From Cyanophora paradoxa CCMP329 (taxonomy: Eukaryota; Plantae; Glaucophyta): a stretch of 64,000 bases of DNA. Below, piece by piece: positions 11,168 to 23,604 of this stretch. A program made the position numbers and the translations under genes. The number at the start of each line of letters is the position of its first letter. The first letter of the stretch is position 1. The notes below the pieces were generated by a model. The model saw only the letters and a list, made by a program, of their open reading frames with translations, was not told the DNA's origin and searched no databases. The stretch is from positions 100,362 to 164,361 of the forward strand of contig QPMI01000582.1 of the NCBI GenBank assembly GCA_004431415.1, given 5' to 3'.

Positions 11168-13332
11168 ATGGCGGCGCGCTCGATCTCGCTGCTCGATTCG
11201 TGTAGAGGGTTGCTTTTGGGTTGCATGTGCGGCGACATTTTAGGCGCTGCGGTCGAGATGCTGCCGGCCGAACAGATCGCGTCCCGCTTCGGGAGGGTCA
11301 AGACCTTCCTGACGAATCCGGAGAGGCCGTTCGGTGCGCCGGGCTCCGCTTTTGCCGCATAAGCTGCGCTCGTCGCACCGAGCTAGCTGCCGCGGCCGTA
11401 GCCCGCGCCCCGTCTGCCGTGCTTCCCGCCAGCTGCAGCCGCGGCGCCGGCTGAGCGCGGCGGCCGCAGGGTGCTACACAGACGACACGCAGATGACACT
11501 CGCGCTGGCCTGGAGGTGCGGATACGCCCCCACGGGCCGCCGCCGGGCGGCCGCTGACGAGGGGCGGCGGGGGCGGGGGCAGCCTGGTGCAGTGCGGGGG
11601 CCTGGTGGACCCGGAGCACTGCGCGGCGGCCTACACGGAGTTCTACCAGGAGTGGCGGGGGTACGGCAAGGGCGCCAAGAAGGTCATGGAGGCTCTCAAG
11701 GCGCGCTCCGTGCCCCGCCCCCCACCCGCCGCCGGGCTCTGCTGAGGGCCGGCGCAGGCGGGGGCGAGCTACAAAGATACGGGGATTATGTTCATCCCGG
11801 AGGGCTCCCTCGCCAACGGCGGAGCCATGCGGTACCCCCCCCACTCCCACCCCCCCTCTCGCCGCTCCCGCTGAAAATTGCGCGGCAGGATCGGCCCCGT
11901 GGGCCTCGCCTTCCGTAACGCGCCCCACGCCGTCCTCTATCGCGCCGTCCACGTGCGCAGCCCCCTTCGAGTGCGGGGCACGTGGGCCGACGGGGGTACC
12001 GGGCAGGACGCGGTGATGTGCACGCACCGGCACGCGGAGGGGATCGACGGGGCGTTCGTTCAGGCGGCGGCCGTCGCGAGCCTCGCGCGACTCGCTCTCG
12101 CCGACGCCCCGGCCCCGGAGGGGGCGCGGCCCCGCGCCGGCGTTCCCCGCGACTGGGACGTCGAGCTCCGCGTCCGCTGCGAGACCAGGTGGGGTCGATC
12201 GACCCTGTACCCCCCGGGCCCCGGCTCCGTCCCGCCCTGAGACGGGTACAGCTTCGGGGAGACGGTGTGCTTGGCGGGGGACTGGTGCGGCTGGGGTACC
12301 GAGACGGCCCTTGAGCTGCAAACGTCCGACGAAGACTACCCCCTCTGGCGAACGCGCACCCCCGTCCCCATCGTCCCCGGCCGGAGCATCGAGTGCGGCC
12401 TCCCTGCGCCCGGCCCCGGGCGCCGGCGCCCGCCGCTCACGGGGGTACAGGTACAAGTACATCGTGAGGGGGGCGGCGGGGGGCGCCGCGCGGTGGGAGG
12501 CCTTCGAGGGGAACCGGCGGTACGCCCCCCCGGGGCGGCCACCGAAGCCGCGGGGCGGGGAGGACGGCGCCGACGAGGGGCCGATCGCCGTCGACGACGG
12601 CTGGTTCGGCGCCCGCGAGGAGGGCGCGTGCCCCCCTCCCTCCCCCGCCCCCCGTCCCGAGCAGCGCGCAGGGGGCACGGCCAAGGGGGACGTGGAGCCG
12701 TTCCGGCTGCTGGAGTCGCTGGGGGCGCTGGCGCGCACGGAGGCGTGCCGCGGGAAGCTCGCCGCTGCCCGCGCCGGCCTCGAGCGGCTCTACGGGCCCC
12801 CGGGGGGGCCCCCCCGCGCCGCCCCGCGCCTCTCCACCTCCGACCGCGCCGCCATCGAGCTCCAGGCCCGCTTTGCCTGCCCCCTGCCCAACACCCCCTC
12901 CCCCCTAAGCGGGGCGGGGCAGGTGGCGAAGGAGCTGATGGGGGAGTGCGGGCTGCGGGCGGCGGAGGGCGTGGCGGTGGCCCTCTGGGCGCTCTGCCTG
13001 CACTGGCGGCACCCCGTCGACTGCCTCGCCGCCGCCGTCGGCTACGGCGGCGACTGCGACACCACCGCCGCCATGGCCGGCCCGCCCCGCCCCCGCCCCC
13101 TCCCCACTCGGCCCCAGCTGAGCCCGGCGCAGGGGCCCTGCTGGGGACGGTGCACGGGGCGGGGTGGGTGCCGGGGGAGTGGCGGGAGCAGGCGGAGAAC
13201 ACGCGGTGGGGCCTGGACGACGTCGAGGGCCTCGCCCAGGAGCTCGCAGCCGCCCTCCCCTCCGGCGACCCCCGCCGCTCCCTCTCCTTCCGGCTGCCCC
13301 CGGGGCCCGCCCCCGAGGCCGAGATCTCCTAG
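11168..13332 (+). CDS. ADP-ribosylglycohydrolase (ARH/DraG family) with inserted CBM20 starch-binding domain, about 11 exons
   Basis: GLLLGCMCGDILGAAVE, YTDDTQMTLALA, SLANGGAMRIGP, MCTHRH, GGDCDTTAAMAGALLG and WVPGEW ARH motifs; CBM20 motifs (TSFGETVCLAG, DYPLW, IEYKYIV, WEAFEGNR) at about 12155-12610. Confidence 0.88.
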
Positions 13333-13396
13333 CCCCGCTCCCCTCTCGGCCGCAGCGCTAGTCCGAGTGCCAGTCCCCAAGTGTGCCACAGACGCG

Positions 13397-16300
13397 TCAG
13401 GAGAGGGGGAAGAAGGCGGTGGCAAGGACGAAGGGGACGGGGGCGACGGGGGGCGCCTCGGCGGCGGGGCCGAGCTCGGGGGCGCGCCCCGAGACGGAGG
13501 CGGAGAGGGGCCCGAGGTGCGGGGCGGCGAGGTTGCCGCTGCGGGGGTCCACCTCGTAGGGCACGACGCGGAGGCGCAGGGCGCACTCGCGGGTGGCGAA
13601 GGCGGTGAGGGCGAGCTCGTTGGCGGCCCCGGGCGCCGCGAGGAGGCCCGGGGGCAGGAAGAAGGCCCGCTGCGGGCCCATGGAGCCGACGTAGCGGGCG
13701 AGCCAGGTGCCGTTGACGGCGGCGTTGACGACGGCGGGGGGCGCGCCGCCGGCGGCGTCGGTGACGAGGAGGGCGACGGGGAGGCCGGCCGGGGGCGAGG
13801 CGAAGGAGGAGGTCGCCCGCACGACGCCCGCCGCCGGCCGCAGGCGCAGCTCCCCCTCCGGCTCCGGCTCCGGCGCCTCGAACCAGGCCGCGTCGAAGCC
13901 GTCCGTGTTGTACGGCTCGTCGGGGGCCCCCGGGGCGGCCGGGCGCGCCGTGACGTCCACCCCCGCGATGCTCCAGCGGGCCTCCCGCACGGGGCTCGTG
14001 CGCGGGAGCACGTTCCGGGGGTCCCAGCTGCGGCGGGGGGCCTCTTCAGGGGGGGCGGGGGGCGGGGCGGGGCCGGGGGCACTTGTGGAAGAGGAAGGTG
14101 GCGGAGAGGAGGCCCCGCGGGTTGCGCACGTCGTTCAGGATCACAGGCTGCCGGCTCATCCCCCTGGCCCCCGCGCTTGAGGCGGAGAGAGGCAAGGCGG
14201 GGGAGGAAGGGGCGGGGCGCGGACACGCTGCCGACGACGATGAGGAGGGTCTGCGTGGGCCGCTCGGGGGCGAGGTGCGGGGCGAGGTCGTACACGTGCG
14301 ACCCGAGCCACGAGGGGTCTGCCCCGCCCCGCCCGTCAGGCGCGGGCGGGGGCGAGGGGGGCCGCTGGAGGGGGGCGCGCCGGGCCCGTTCTTGGCGCCC
14401 GGGTGGAAGAAGGAGGTGGAGTAGGTCTCGTGGGAGCCGACGAAGGCCCCGTTCATGTACACCGCGCAGTAGTGCCGCACGTTGAGCCGCAGCCGCAGGC
14501 CGGCGGAGGCGCCCGGCTGGAACTCGCAGCGGTAGAGCACGTGCCCCGAGGTGAAGCCGTGTTCCAGCGGGTCCTTGCCCGAGCGCAGGTGGATGGGGCG
14601 CCACGCGACGCGGCCCCAGTCGATCGCCCCCGCCGCGTACCGCCCCGGCTGCGGGGGCGCCGGCGGGGCCGCCACCTCCGCCCCCAGCTCGGCGACGCTC
14701 TCGGGGCCGGAAGGGGCGGGGGCGAAGGGGGGCGGGGCGGGGCCGGCGGGGCGGAGGAGGTGGACGCGCTGGCGGCCCCAGGTGGAGACGGAGAGCCCGA
14801 GGGGCGCCTCGGGCGCCGGGCGCTCGAAGCGGGCGTGGTAGGCGCCCCACGCGACCCCCGCGATCGCCCCCTGCGCGCACGCGGGGAGGTCGGGGGCGGG
14901 GGCGGGGAGAGGGGGCGGGGGGCGCGGGGGGGCGGACGGCCTCGTCGAAGTGGGCGGAGAGGGTGAGGGCGTCCTCCTCCCCGAGGCAGAGGACCATCAT
15001 CGAGGGCGCGGCGGGGCCCTTGCGCACCCGGGCGGCCCCCGGGGCGGCGAACGTGAGCACCGAGCAGCCGCCGCGGCGCTCGAGGGCGGCCCCCGCGCAG
15101 GCCCCCGGTTCGAGCTCGGCCTCCCCGACGAGCGCGAGGCCGCCAGGAGCGTGCTCGACGACCCAGAGCTCGCCGGCACCGAAGCGGCCGCGAAGGAGGA
15201 CGGGGAGGGTGGCGAGGGCGAGGGTGAGGTGCGTCGCCTCGGAGCGGATGTTGGCGGGGATGAGGAGGGAGCGAAGGAAGGGGAGGCGGAGGGGCAGGGC
15301 GGCCCCCGGCCAGCCGGCCGCCGCCACCTCGAGCTGCAGCGTCGAGCGCGAGCCGGAGAGGTTGCGGGCGAGCGTGAAGGCGGCCCCCGAGCGCTCGTCG
15401 GCCCGCGCGGGGCCGAGCGCGGCGGCGGCCTCGGGGTCGGTGCCGGGGACGGGGGCGACGGCGCCGGGGGCGGGGAGGCCGCGCTCGAGGGCCTCGGCCT
15501 CGAGGAGGAGCGGGGCGAAGGAGCGGGCAAAGAGGGCGGCGGTGCGGAGCTTCCGGTAGCGGCGCGTCACCAGCCCGTACTCCCGCACGCACGCGCTGTA
15601 GTCGTACGACGAGAAGGCGTCCGGGTCCCCCAGGCTCCCCGCGTTCGTCCCTGGCGCCCCAGCCGGGGAGGGAGGCGAGGGGTCAGAGGCGGGGGCGGGG
15701 GCGGGGAGGCGAGGGGCGCGCACCGCCGTAGAACATGTAGACGGAGAGGATGGAGAAGCCCTGCGCGAAGAGGCTGTGGAAGAGCAGCCGCTGGTACTCG
15801 TCTGCGCGGGAGCGGCTGAGAGGGGGGCGGGGGCGGAGGACGGGGCCAGGGGCGGGCACCGGTGAACCAGTCGTAGAAGAAGTCCCAGCCGCCGGCGCAG
15901 GTCCAGGGGCAGAACCAGCCGCCCTGGAGCTCGGGGATGAAGAGGGGCCCCGAGGCGCAGCCGGCCCCGAAGGCCCGGATGTCCCGCTCGAGCGTGTCGA
16001 CCGAGGGCGCGAAGCCGCGGAGCATCTTGTCGCAGCCGGCCCAGGAGCGGGGCGTGCCGGGGGCCGGGTGCAGGGGCGGCTCCAGCGCGAAGAGGTAGAG
16101 GTCGAAGCCGTACAGGTCCACCCCGTTCTCCGGCCCCGTCCCCGGGTTCCACGAGCCCCACGGCTGCACGAGGGAAGAAGGGGCGGGACTCAGGCTCCGA
16201 GCGAGGGGTGTGGGAGACGAGGGAGGGGGTACCTTGGCGTCGTTTGAGAAGACGGGCACCGTGCAGCCGGCGGCGCGGGCGTACCTGCAAATCCATGAGC

Positions 16301-17319
16301 GGGGGAAAAGTGGGGTAGAGGGGGGTACGCAGCGCACGCGGTGAGGAGGCGCATCTCCTCGGGGAGGCCCATGGTGAGGCCGAACTTGGACTGGATGAGC
16401 TCGTTCTCCACCTGCAGGCCGATGACGCCGTACCCGTTCGCGCCCTCCTTCCGCGTGATCTCGTGCCGCGCCAGGATCGGGATGATGGCGTCGAACCCTG
16501 CCGGCGGGGGGTTACTCGGCTGGGCCGCCGGGGGGCGGGGAAGGGGCGGCGCGGAGGCGGACACTCGCGGGAGCGGTCCATGAACTTCATGTCGAGGGAC
16601 TTGATGCCGGTGGCCCACATGTTGCGGATGCGCACGCCCCGCTCGGCGACGAGCCAGCCGGGGAAGCCGCCGGCCGACGTCTCCGCGCAGATGTACGGGC
16701 CTGGCGTGCCGGGCCGGGTCGGCGGCGGGCGGGGGGCCTGGCGAGGGCGGGCGGCGGGGGCCCACCGGGGGCGGCCATGACGTAGAGGCCGACCTCCTCG
16801 CAGGTGCGCAGGAGGAAGTCCACGTCGCGGTTGCCGCTGAAGATGTACGCGCCCCGCCGCGGCGAGTGGTAGCCCCAGTGGAAGTAGATCCGCACCGCGT
16901 TCAGGCCCGCCGCCTGCGCGAGCACGTCAGCGCCGCCGGCGCCGCGCGGGACGCAGGACGAGCAGGCGGCGCGGCGGGCGGCGCGCCTTGTAGTCCTCGA
17001 GGATCGGGCGCCAGCGGGAGCGGTCGGGCACGCGCCTGCCGGGCGGTCACATGGCGCGTACGTCCGAATTGCAGCAGCGGGCGACGCGTCGAGCAGCCAG
17101 CGGCCCACTCCGAGGTCCGCGCGGACGCCGGCAGAGGCGCGGCCGGCCCCAGCGACGCCGTTACGCGCGGAAAGCGGGAACGGACGAGACGCACCAGTAA
17201 TGGAATTCGCCGGAGAGGATCAGGACGCGCTTGCCGCGGATGAGCAGCGACTTCTTGTCCCAGTCCAGGATGCGGCCGTACTTTTGGCGATCATAGTTGA
17301 CCGGCGCCTCCGTCGCCAT
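13397..17319 (-). CDS. GH35 beta-galactosidase, multi-exon
   Basis: ILSGEFHYWR, AAGLNAVRIYFHWGYH, GPYICAETSAGGFPGWL, QVENE (acid/base), PELQGGWF (nucleophile), SVYMFYG|GTN, SSYDYSACVREYG, and C-terminal RYVGSMGPQRAFFLPPGLL. Confidence 0.93.
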
Positions 17320-17525
17320 CGCAGCTCGCGGAGTCGTCGCCGGGCCGAGTTGGCGGCGGCTTGGTCGGCTTGACTTGCGTATCCCCCCGAAGTCCCCCGG
17401 CCCCGGCCACCAGCACCAGCCCACGTCTCCGGGCCACGTACGGCATCAAAAAGCGCCGCACAAGGTGAACGGAAGTTGCACAAGGCCGCTGCAGTCGCGC
17501 GGCGACTAACCGACGCCTGAACCAG

Positions 17526-18343
17526 ATGCCCCAAATCGTCGTCACGAAGGAGGAGCTGCGCGTGAAGCTCTCGTACAAGGAGCGAATGTGGGCCGCACTG
17601 ACGGCGAGCACCATCATTGTTCCCCTGAAGCTCGTGGAGGGCGTGCGAGTCCACCGTGCGCCCGCTCCGAGGCTCCTTCCGCGGCCGTCCGCCGGCGTCA
17701 CCACTTGCGCGGCTCACTCCGCACGCGCAGCCCAAGAGGCCGTCGACGCCATGCAGAGCATCCCGCAGGGCGTCCAGGTCCGCCGCGCCGCCTCCGCGCG
17801 CTATATGCATGCCGCAGTGCGCCGCTGCGCCCCTGTCGGCGTCTGCGCCCGATCCTCGCGCCACAATCCCCGCGCGCGGTTGCTTCGCGCCGCGGCCTCC
17901 ATCGCCTCAGCGCTGTCTGCGATCCAACCGCGCGACGCGCGCCGCCGCAGCTCGGAGTCGCCCTCCCGTCCAAGTACGTCATCGCGTCCTTCTACCACCC
18001 GAGTGCGCCGCTCCGGGCCCGCCTGCCCCGCGCGCCCCGCCGCGCGCCGCGCGCCGCGCCGCCCACCCGCCGACCCGTCCCGCTCGCCGCAGTCGCGGGG
18101 ACGCCGCCCGAGTTCTACTGCGTGGCGCGGGAGCCTGCCCGCTGCCTCGCCCTCGACATGGCCCCCCGCGCCCCCTACTCCAAGCTCATCCTCCAGGCCC
18201 GCCCCCGCCCCCGCCGCGACGCGCTCGGAGCCGGCTCCCGCCTCTGAGGGCCGCGGGCCCGGCAGGTGGACGAGGGGGCGGACGTGGAGGCCATCCGCAA
18301 GAGCATCGAGGTCGCCCTGCGCCGCACCAAGTCCGGCTTCTAG
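17526..18343 (+). CDS. Small uncharacterised protein resembling a bacterial PH-like hypothetical family, multi-exon
   Basis: MPQIVVTKEELRVKLSYKERMWAAL...VPLKLVEGVRV...LGVALPSKYVIASFY...EFYCVAREPARCLALDM..APYSKLILQ|VDEGADVEAIRKSIE; family resemblance from memory only. Confidence 0.6.
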
Positions 18344-18464
18344 CTCCACTCCGCCCCACCCGGGGCCCAGGCCCAGCCGCGGCCCGCCCCGCGCCCCCTT
18401 GAGCGCAAAAGGAGTTCTCTGCTGAATGGGATGCGAAGCGAGAGGAAGGCTGCGCTGGGCTGCG

Positions 18465-20740
18465 CTACGAGCGCATGATCTTTGAGGGGGGGCCCTGGTC
18501 GGAGTAGAGCTTCTGGGCGGCGGCCTGGGCGGCGCGGGCCTGGCCCGAGGCCGAGCCCGTGGAGCCGCCCGAGGAGCGCGGGCGCTGCACGGCGAGGATG
18601 GACTGCCCGTGCAGCTCCGAGAGGGCTCCCGGCACGCCCTGCAGCAGCTGGCCCGTCGCCGCTGCCGCCGCCGCCCCCGACGCGCCCCCCTGGCCCCCCT
18701 GCGAGGGGCCGGCCGCCGGCGCGGGGCCGGTGGCCGGCGCGGTGGCAGCTGGCTGGGAGGAGGCGGTGGCGGGGGCGGCGGCGGGGTTCGGCTGCTGCAT
18801 GGGCTGCCCCAGCGGCAGGCCGTCCTGCGCGTGGCCCTCAGCGGGGGCGCCGAGGGCGAGGGCGGGGGGCGCACGGGGTTGGCGTGGCCGGGCTCGGTCG
18901 CCTTGAGGGAGCGGCGGGGGTACTGGATCGAGGGGCGCCCGACGGCCGAGGGGTCCGCGAAGGCGCTGCGGGGCGTCGCGCTCAGCACCCCCGGGAGGGG
19001 AAAGGGGTGGAGGGATGGGCGGACTTCATGGAGGGGAGGGGGTCGTTGTCGAAGTAGGAGTGGGCGAGGGCCTGGGCGGCGGTGATGCGCCGGGCCGGGT
19101 CGTACTCGAGCATGCGGGAGAGCAGGTCGTAGGCGTTGCTCTTCTTGTTCAGCCCGGGGATGTTCTCCGAGAGGCGCGGGGGGTACACCGGCCACGACTT
19201 GACGGCCTTCCAGTGATCGAGGTCGGCGATGCCGGGCCAGCGCTTGACGTCGGGCGTGCCGAGCACCTTGAAGATCTTCTCGAGCTGGTCCGACTGCAGC
19301 GGGTTGCGCACGTCCTTGTTCTCCACCCCGCGGAAGAGGGGCGCCGTCGTGATGAGCTCGGCGAAGATGCAGCCGACGGCCCACATGTCGACGGCCTTGG
19401 TGTAGTGCTTGGCCCCCAGCAGGAGCTCGGGGGAGCGGTACCAGATCGTCACCACGACGCCGTCCCCCGCCAGCGACCGCAGCGGCGACTGGAAGATCCG
19501 CGCCAGCCCGAAGTCCGCTGCCCCCGAGCGCCCCTCAGCCCGGCGCGCCGGCGGCGGAGGGGCCGCGGGCGCCTGCGCGCACCGATCTTGACCATGCCCT
19601 GCTCCTTCCCGTCGCCCATCACGAGGATGTTGCTGCGCGCGGGGGCGAGTCGGCGGGGGCGACGTCGAGAGCTGAAGGGGGCGGGGCGGGGAGAGGTGAG
19701 GGGCGGGGGGCGGGGCCCCACCTGGGCTTGAGGTCGCGGTGGATGACCCAGTTGGCGTGGAGGTAGTTGATGCCGTTGAGGATCTGCCAGAGCAGCGACT
19801 TGATCGTGAACTCGCTCGGCCGCTCCCGGTTCAGCGACTCCCGGTGGTGCTTGATCAGCTCCTGCCCCCGGGGGCCCCCCGCCCCGTCCCCTCACACCCG
19901 CCCCCAGCGACCCCGGCGCGCTCCCCGGCGGGCGCGCACGAAGAGGTCGTGCTCGGCGTAGTCGAACACGAGGTACAGGGAGCTGTTGTCCGGGTCCAGG
20001 AGGACGTCCTGCCGGCCCCGTGGGCCCCGGCCCTGCCGGCAGCTCCCGGGCGGGCCGGCGGGCGGGGCGGCGCGGACCTGCAGGCACACGATGTTGTCGT
20101 GCTTGAGCTCTCGTAGCAGCTGCGCGAGGAGCATGCCGCCGCGTCGGATGCGGGGCGCAGCGCGGGGTGCGGGGCGCGGGGCAGGGCGCACCGAGACTTC
20201 CCGAATGGCGGTCAGCGAGATGCCCTCGCCCTCCTTCCCCGACTTGATCTTCTTGACGGCCACTTCATTCCGCGGGTTAACCTTCTCCTGCGCACGCCCG
20301 CCTAAGCTTCGCAGCGTCCGCGCACTCGCGCTGGGGCTGCGCGCCTTCGCTTTGAACACGACGCCGTACGTCCCTGCGCAGCGGCCGCGTCGTGAGATTC
20401 CCGTCGCTCGCACGCGGACGCCGAGGAAACGGATCAGCGCTCACCCTCGCCGACCTGCGTGGGCGCGGGCGGGGTCAGGCGAGCGACGAAAGCGAGGGAG
20501 CGCGGCTAACCTTGCCAGGAAACACGAAATCAAACTGCATTCGTGCGGCAGTCAGTACCTCGAAAGTTCAATAGCTATGCTAAAGCGCAAAGAACCCAGG
20601 CCGCGCAGCGCACCTTGGTCTCGACCTGCGCGTGAGAAGTGACCGAGTGAGGCCGGGCCGGCTCGGCAGCGGGAGCCGTGCGGGAGGGAGCGCACCCGGG
20701 GCCTTCGCTTGTTCTTCTCTTCTCGCACGGTCTTGTCCAT
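18465..20740 (-). CDS. CDK8: Cyclin-dependent kinase 8 (CDK8/CDKE, Mediator kinase), multi-exon with micro-exons
   Basis: Spliced: RRPR|VETK|FDFVFPGK|VGE|[10 protein letters not shown]...GISLTAIRE...[10 protein letters not shown]...[23 protein letters not shown]...[13 protein letters not shown]...[26 protein letters not shown]; these are CDK8-specific signatures. Confidence 0.95.
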
Positions 20741-21034
20741 CCCGGCTGCTCGGGCTCCGATCCTCGCCTACCGCATCGCCACCAGCGCCGGCGTTGCTCC
20801 AACCGTGCCGGAAGGTCGCTCTCCGTCTGCTGAACGCTGTATCACCGGTAAAGGGCGTGCTGGAGGTTGGCTGGCAGAAGGTCGGCTTCTCAGACAAGTG
20901 GTCGACTCCGGGCGGAGAGATTATCGCGTTCACGGCCGTGGGCGCGGGCGCACGCGCTCGTGGAAGCGCGATCGAGAGGAGATGAGGATAGCAATAGCTG
21001 TACGTAGAAGCTCGAGATAGCAGGCTTCACGAGC

Positions 21035-23192
21035 ATGGTCAGAAGGCACGACGGCCTGCGCTTCCGGTGCGCCGGCCGCGCGCACGGCGTGGAACGCAAA
21101 AACAACACTCCGCGCGAAGCGTTGACACCGCCCGCACAGGATCCCCCGCATTGCCAGCTTGTCCCTTTCGCTCCGCAAGAAGTACTTCGCATTCTTGGGA
21201 CTGTGGGCGCTGAACCTCTTGTATTTCGATGGTGCAGTTCGCTATCCAGCGCTAGCTAATGCCTGCGGCTGCCCGCGAGCGCTCACTCCCGCTGCAGAGA
21301 TCGTTTACTACACGACGGTTTCAGGGTGCGCGTGGCCTGCGGCGGCGAGGAGCGGGAAGGAGGTGCAACGCGTTGCCCTCATCGCCGACCCGCAGGCGCG
21401 GCCCGCCCACCCACCCGCCCGCCCGCCCGCCCCGCCGCCCGCTTCGCGGCCGCGGCTGACAGAGTACATGTGGCTCGCGATCGGGGCGCGCAGCTGACGG
21501 ACAGGTACTCGCGGGACGCGTACCCGCGGACGGGGCCCGTGCGGGAGGTGGTGCAGCTGTACAGCGACGTGTACATGAAAAAGGCGTTCCGGCACGTGCT
21601 GGGCTCCCTCCGCCCCGACGCCGTCGTCTTCCTCGGGGACGTCTTCGACGGCGGGCGCCACGCGAGCGACGCCGAGTTCGACGAGAGCCTCGCCCGCTAC
21701 CAGCGCGTCTTCGGCCAGCAGCCGGCGGGCCGCGCCCGCGCCCGCGGCGCCCCCGGCCCCGTCCCCGTCTACCACATCGCCGGGTCCGTCCGGAGCGCGC
21801 GAAGCAGGGGCAGCGGCGGCTGATGCGGGGGCGGGGGCGCAGGAACCACGACGTGGGGATCGGGAGGGAGATACGCCCCGACGTCGCCGCGCGCTTCGAG
21901 GCCGCCTTCGGGCCCTCCAACCAGTGCGCACACCGCCCCCTCCCCCGCCGCCCCCTCCCCCTCCGCCCCCTGAACCCTCCTCGCCGGCAGCGTGATCGCG
22001 CTGGGCGGGTTCTCGCTGGTGGCGGTGAACGCGCCGGCGCTGGCGGGGGGCCCCGGGGATCCCCTCCACGACGAGACCCTCGGCTTCGTTCGCCGCCTCT
22101 CAGCAGGCGCGACCGGGGTACAGGGTTGGGGCGCCGCCCCCGCGCCCGTCCCTCACCCCCCGGCCCCCTGCAGAGGCGCGGGGGGGAGACCTGCGCGTCC
22201 TCCTCACGCACATACCCCTGCACCGCCCCGAGGGGAGCGGCTGCGGGGCGGCGCGCCGGCCCGAGCCGCTGCGGCAGTGCGCGGGGGAGGGCTACCAGTG
22301 CCTGCTGGAGGAGGGCGTCTCGCGGGAGCTGCTGGCGGCGGTGCGGCCGCTGCACGTCTTCTCGGGGGACGACCACTTCGACTGCTCCGTGGAGCACGCG
22401 GCGGCCGGCGCCCCCGGCCCCGGGGTGCCGGAAGAGACGCTGGCGACCTTCTCCTGGCTGCAGGGGAACCCCCGGCCGGGGTTCGCCCTCGCGACCCTCT
22501 CCCCCGAGGCGCCGCACGTGCGGGTCGCCCGCTGCGCCCTCCCCAACATGTACACCATCCTCCTCTGGTACGCCCTCCTCGGTGCGTCCCGCCCGCCCCG
22601 CCGCCCCCCGCCCGGCCTCTCTTGGCGTGCCTTACTTGATGATGGCCGCCTGCAGGGCTGATGACGGCCTTCCACCTGCTGCCGCGCCCCAAGAGCTTCC
22701 TCTGGCTCTTCCTCCTCGCCCGCGCCCGCCCGGGCCCCGCCTCCCCCGCCCCCGCCCGCCCCTCCCGCTCCCCGGCCCCGCCGCCCCCGCCGCCCCCCGC
22801 CTCCCTCCTCGTCTCCCCCGCCCCCTTCAAGTCCTCCGGCGAGTCCGCCGACGGTCCGCGCTCCGCGTTCGTTCCACGCGCCCTAAAGCCCGCCCGTCAC
22901 GAGCGATTTTGCAGAGGAGGCGGGGCGGGCGGTGAGCTCGAGCTCGGAGCGGGCGCGCTCGCCCAAGATGACGCACCGGGGCGCCTCCGGCACGCCCCCA
23001 GGACTGCCCCTCCCCGTCTTCCAGGAGGCGCGCGCCCCGCGGCGGCGGCTGCGGGCGCTGCCGCTCTCGCTCCCCGCGCGCCTGGCCGAGGCCGGGTGCG
23101 GGCGGGGCGGCGGGGCCGCGTGCCTCGCCTGCAACCTCGCCTTCGCCTTCTTCACCCACGTCCTCCTCCTCCTCGTCGAGCTCGCTATCTAG
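21035..23192 (+). CDS. Metallophosphoesterase MPPE1/Cdc1 (PGAP5-like), membrane-anchored, multi-exon
   Basis: N-terminal TM, ALIADPQ|LTD, SDVYMKKAF, VVFLGDVFDGG, HIAG|NHDVGIG, LLTHIP, FSGDDHFDC, TFSWLQGNPRPGF and C-terminal TM segments. Confidence 0.88.
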
Positions 23193-23604
23193 CCGCCGAG
23201 CACCCTTGTACATGTTCAGAATGGAAGCGCTACGCGTACGCACGCGTACGTTCGTACGCCCCGCGGTGATGAACCGCAGTGCCGAATGCTTCCCCCCCTG
23301 GGGGTACATCGCGCACGCAAGTGGTACCTGCACTCGGAGGCGGAGGTCGCTGGCGCGTTGACGGGGGCGGATCCCGGAGAAGGCCCGGTGGGCATCATTC
23401 TCGTAGCGGAACGAACCGCACGCGTCGGCGTCGCGGACCGTGCTCGATGTGGGGTGTACGAGCGGCCGCAGCCGCTGCCCTCAGCGTCGCTCGGCGCGCT
23501 CTACCGGCCAGGATAAAGCGGTGGGTGTTGCCTTCCGTCCCGCTCGACTGGTCGGGCCCTTGACCGCATCCTCCACCTGCAGATGGGGGAGACGCGCATG
23601 GTGG

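Noticed and set aside
11168-17319. ARH-CBM20 and GH35 as a carbohydrate gene cluster
   Set aside because: They are only convergent neighbours in a uniformly compact genome, and their substrates (alpha-glucan versus beta-galactoside) are unrelated.
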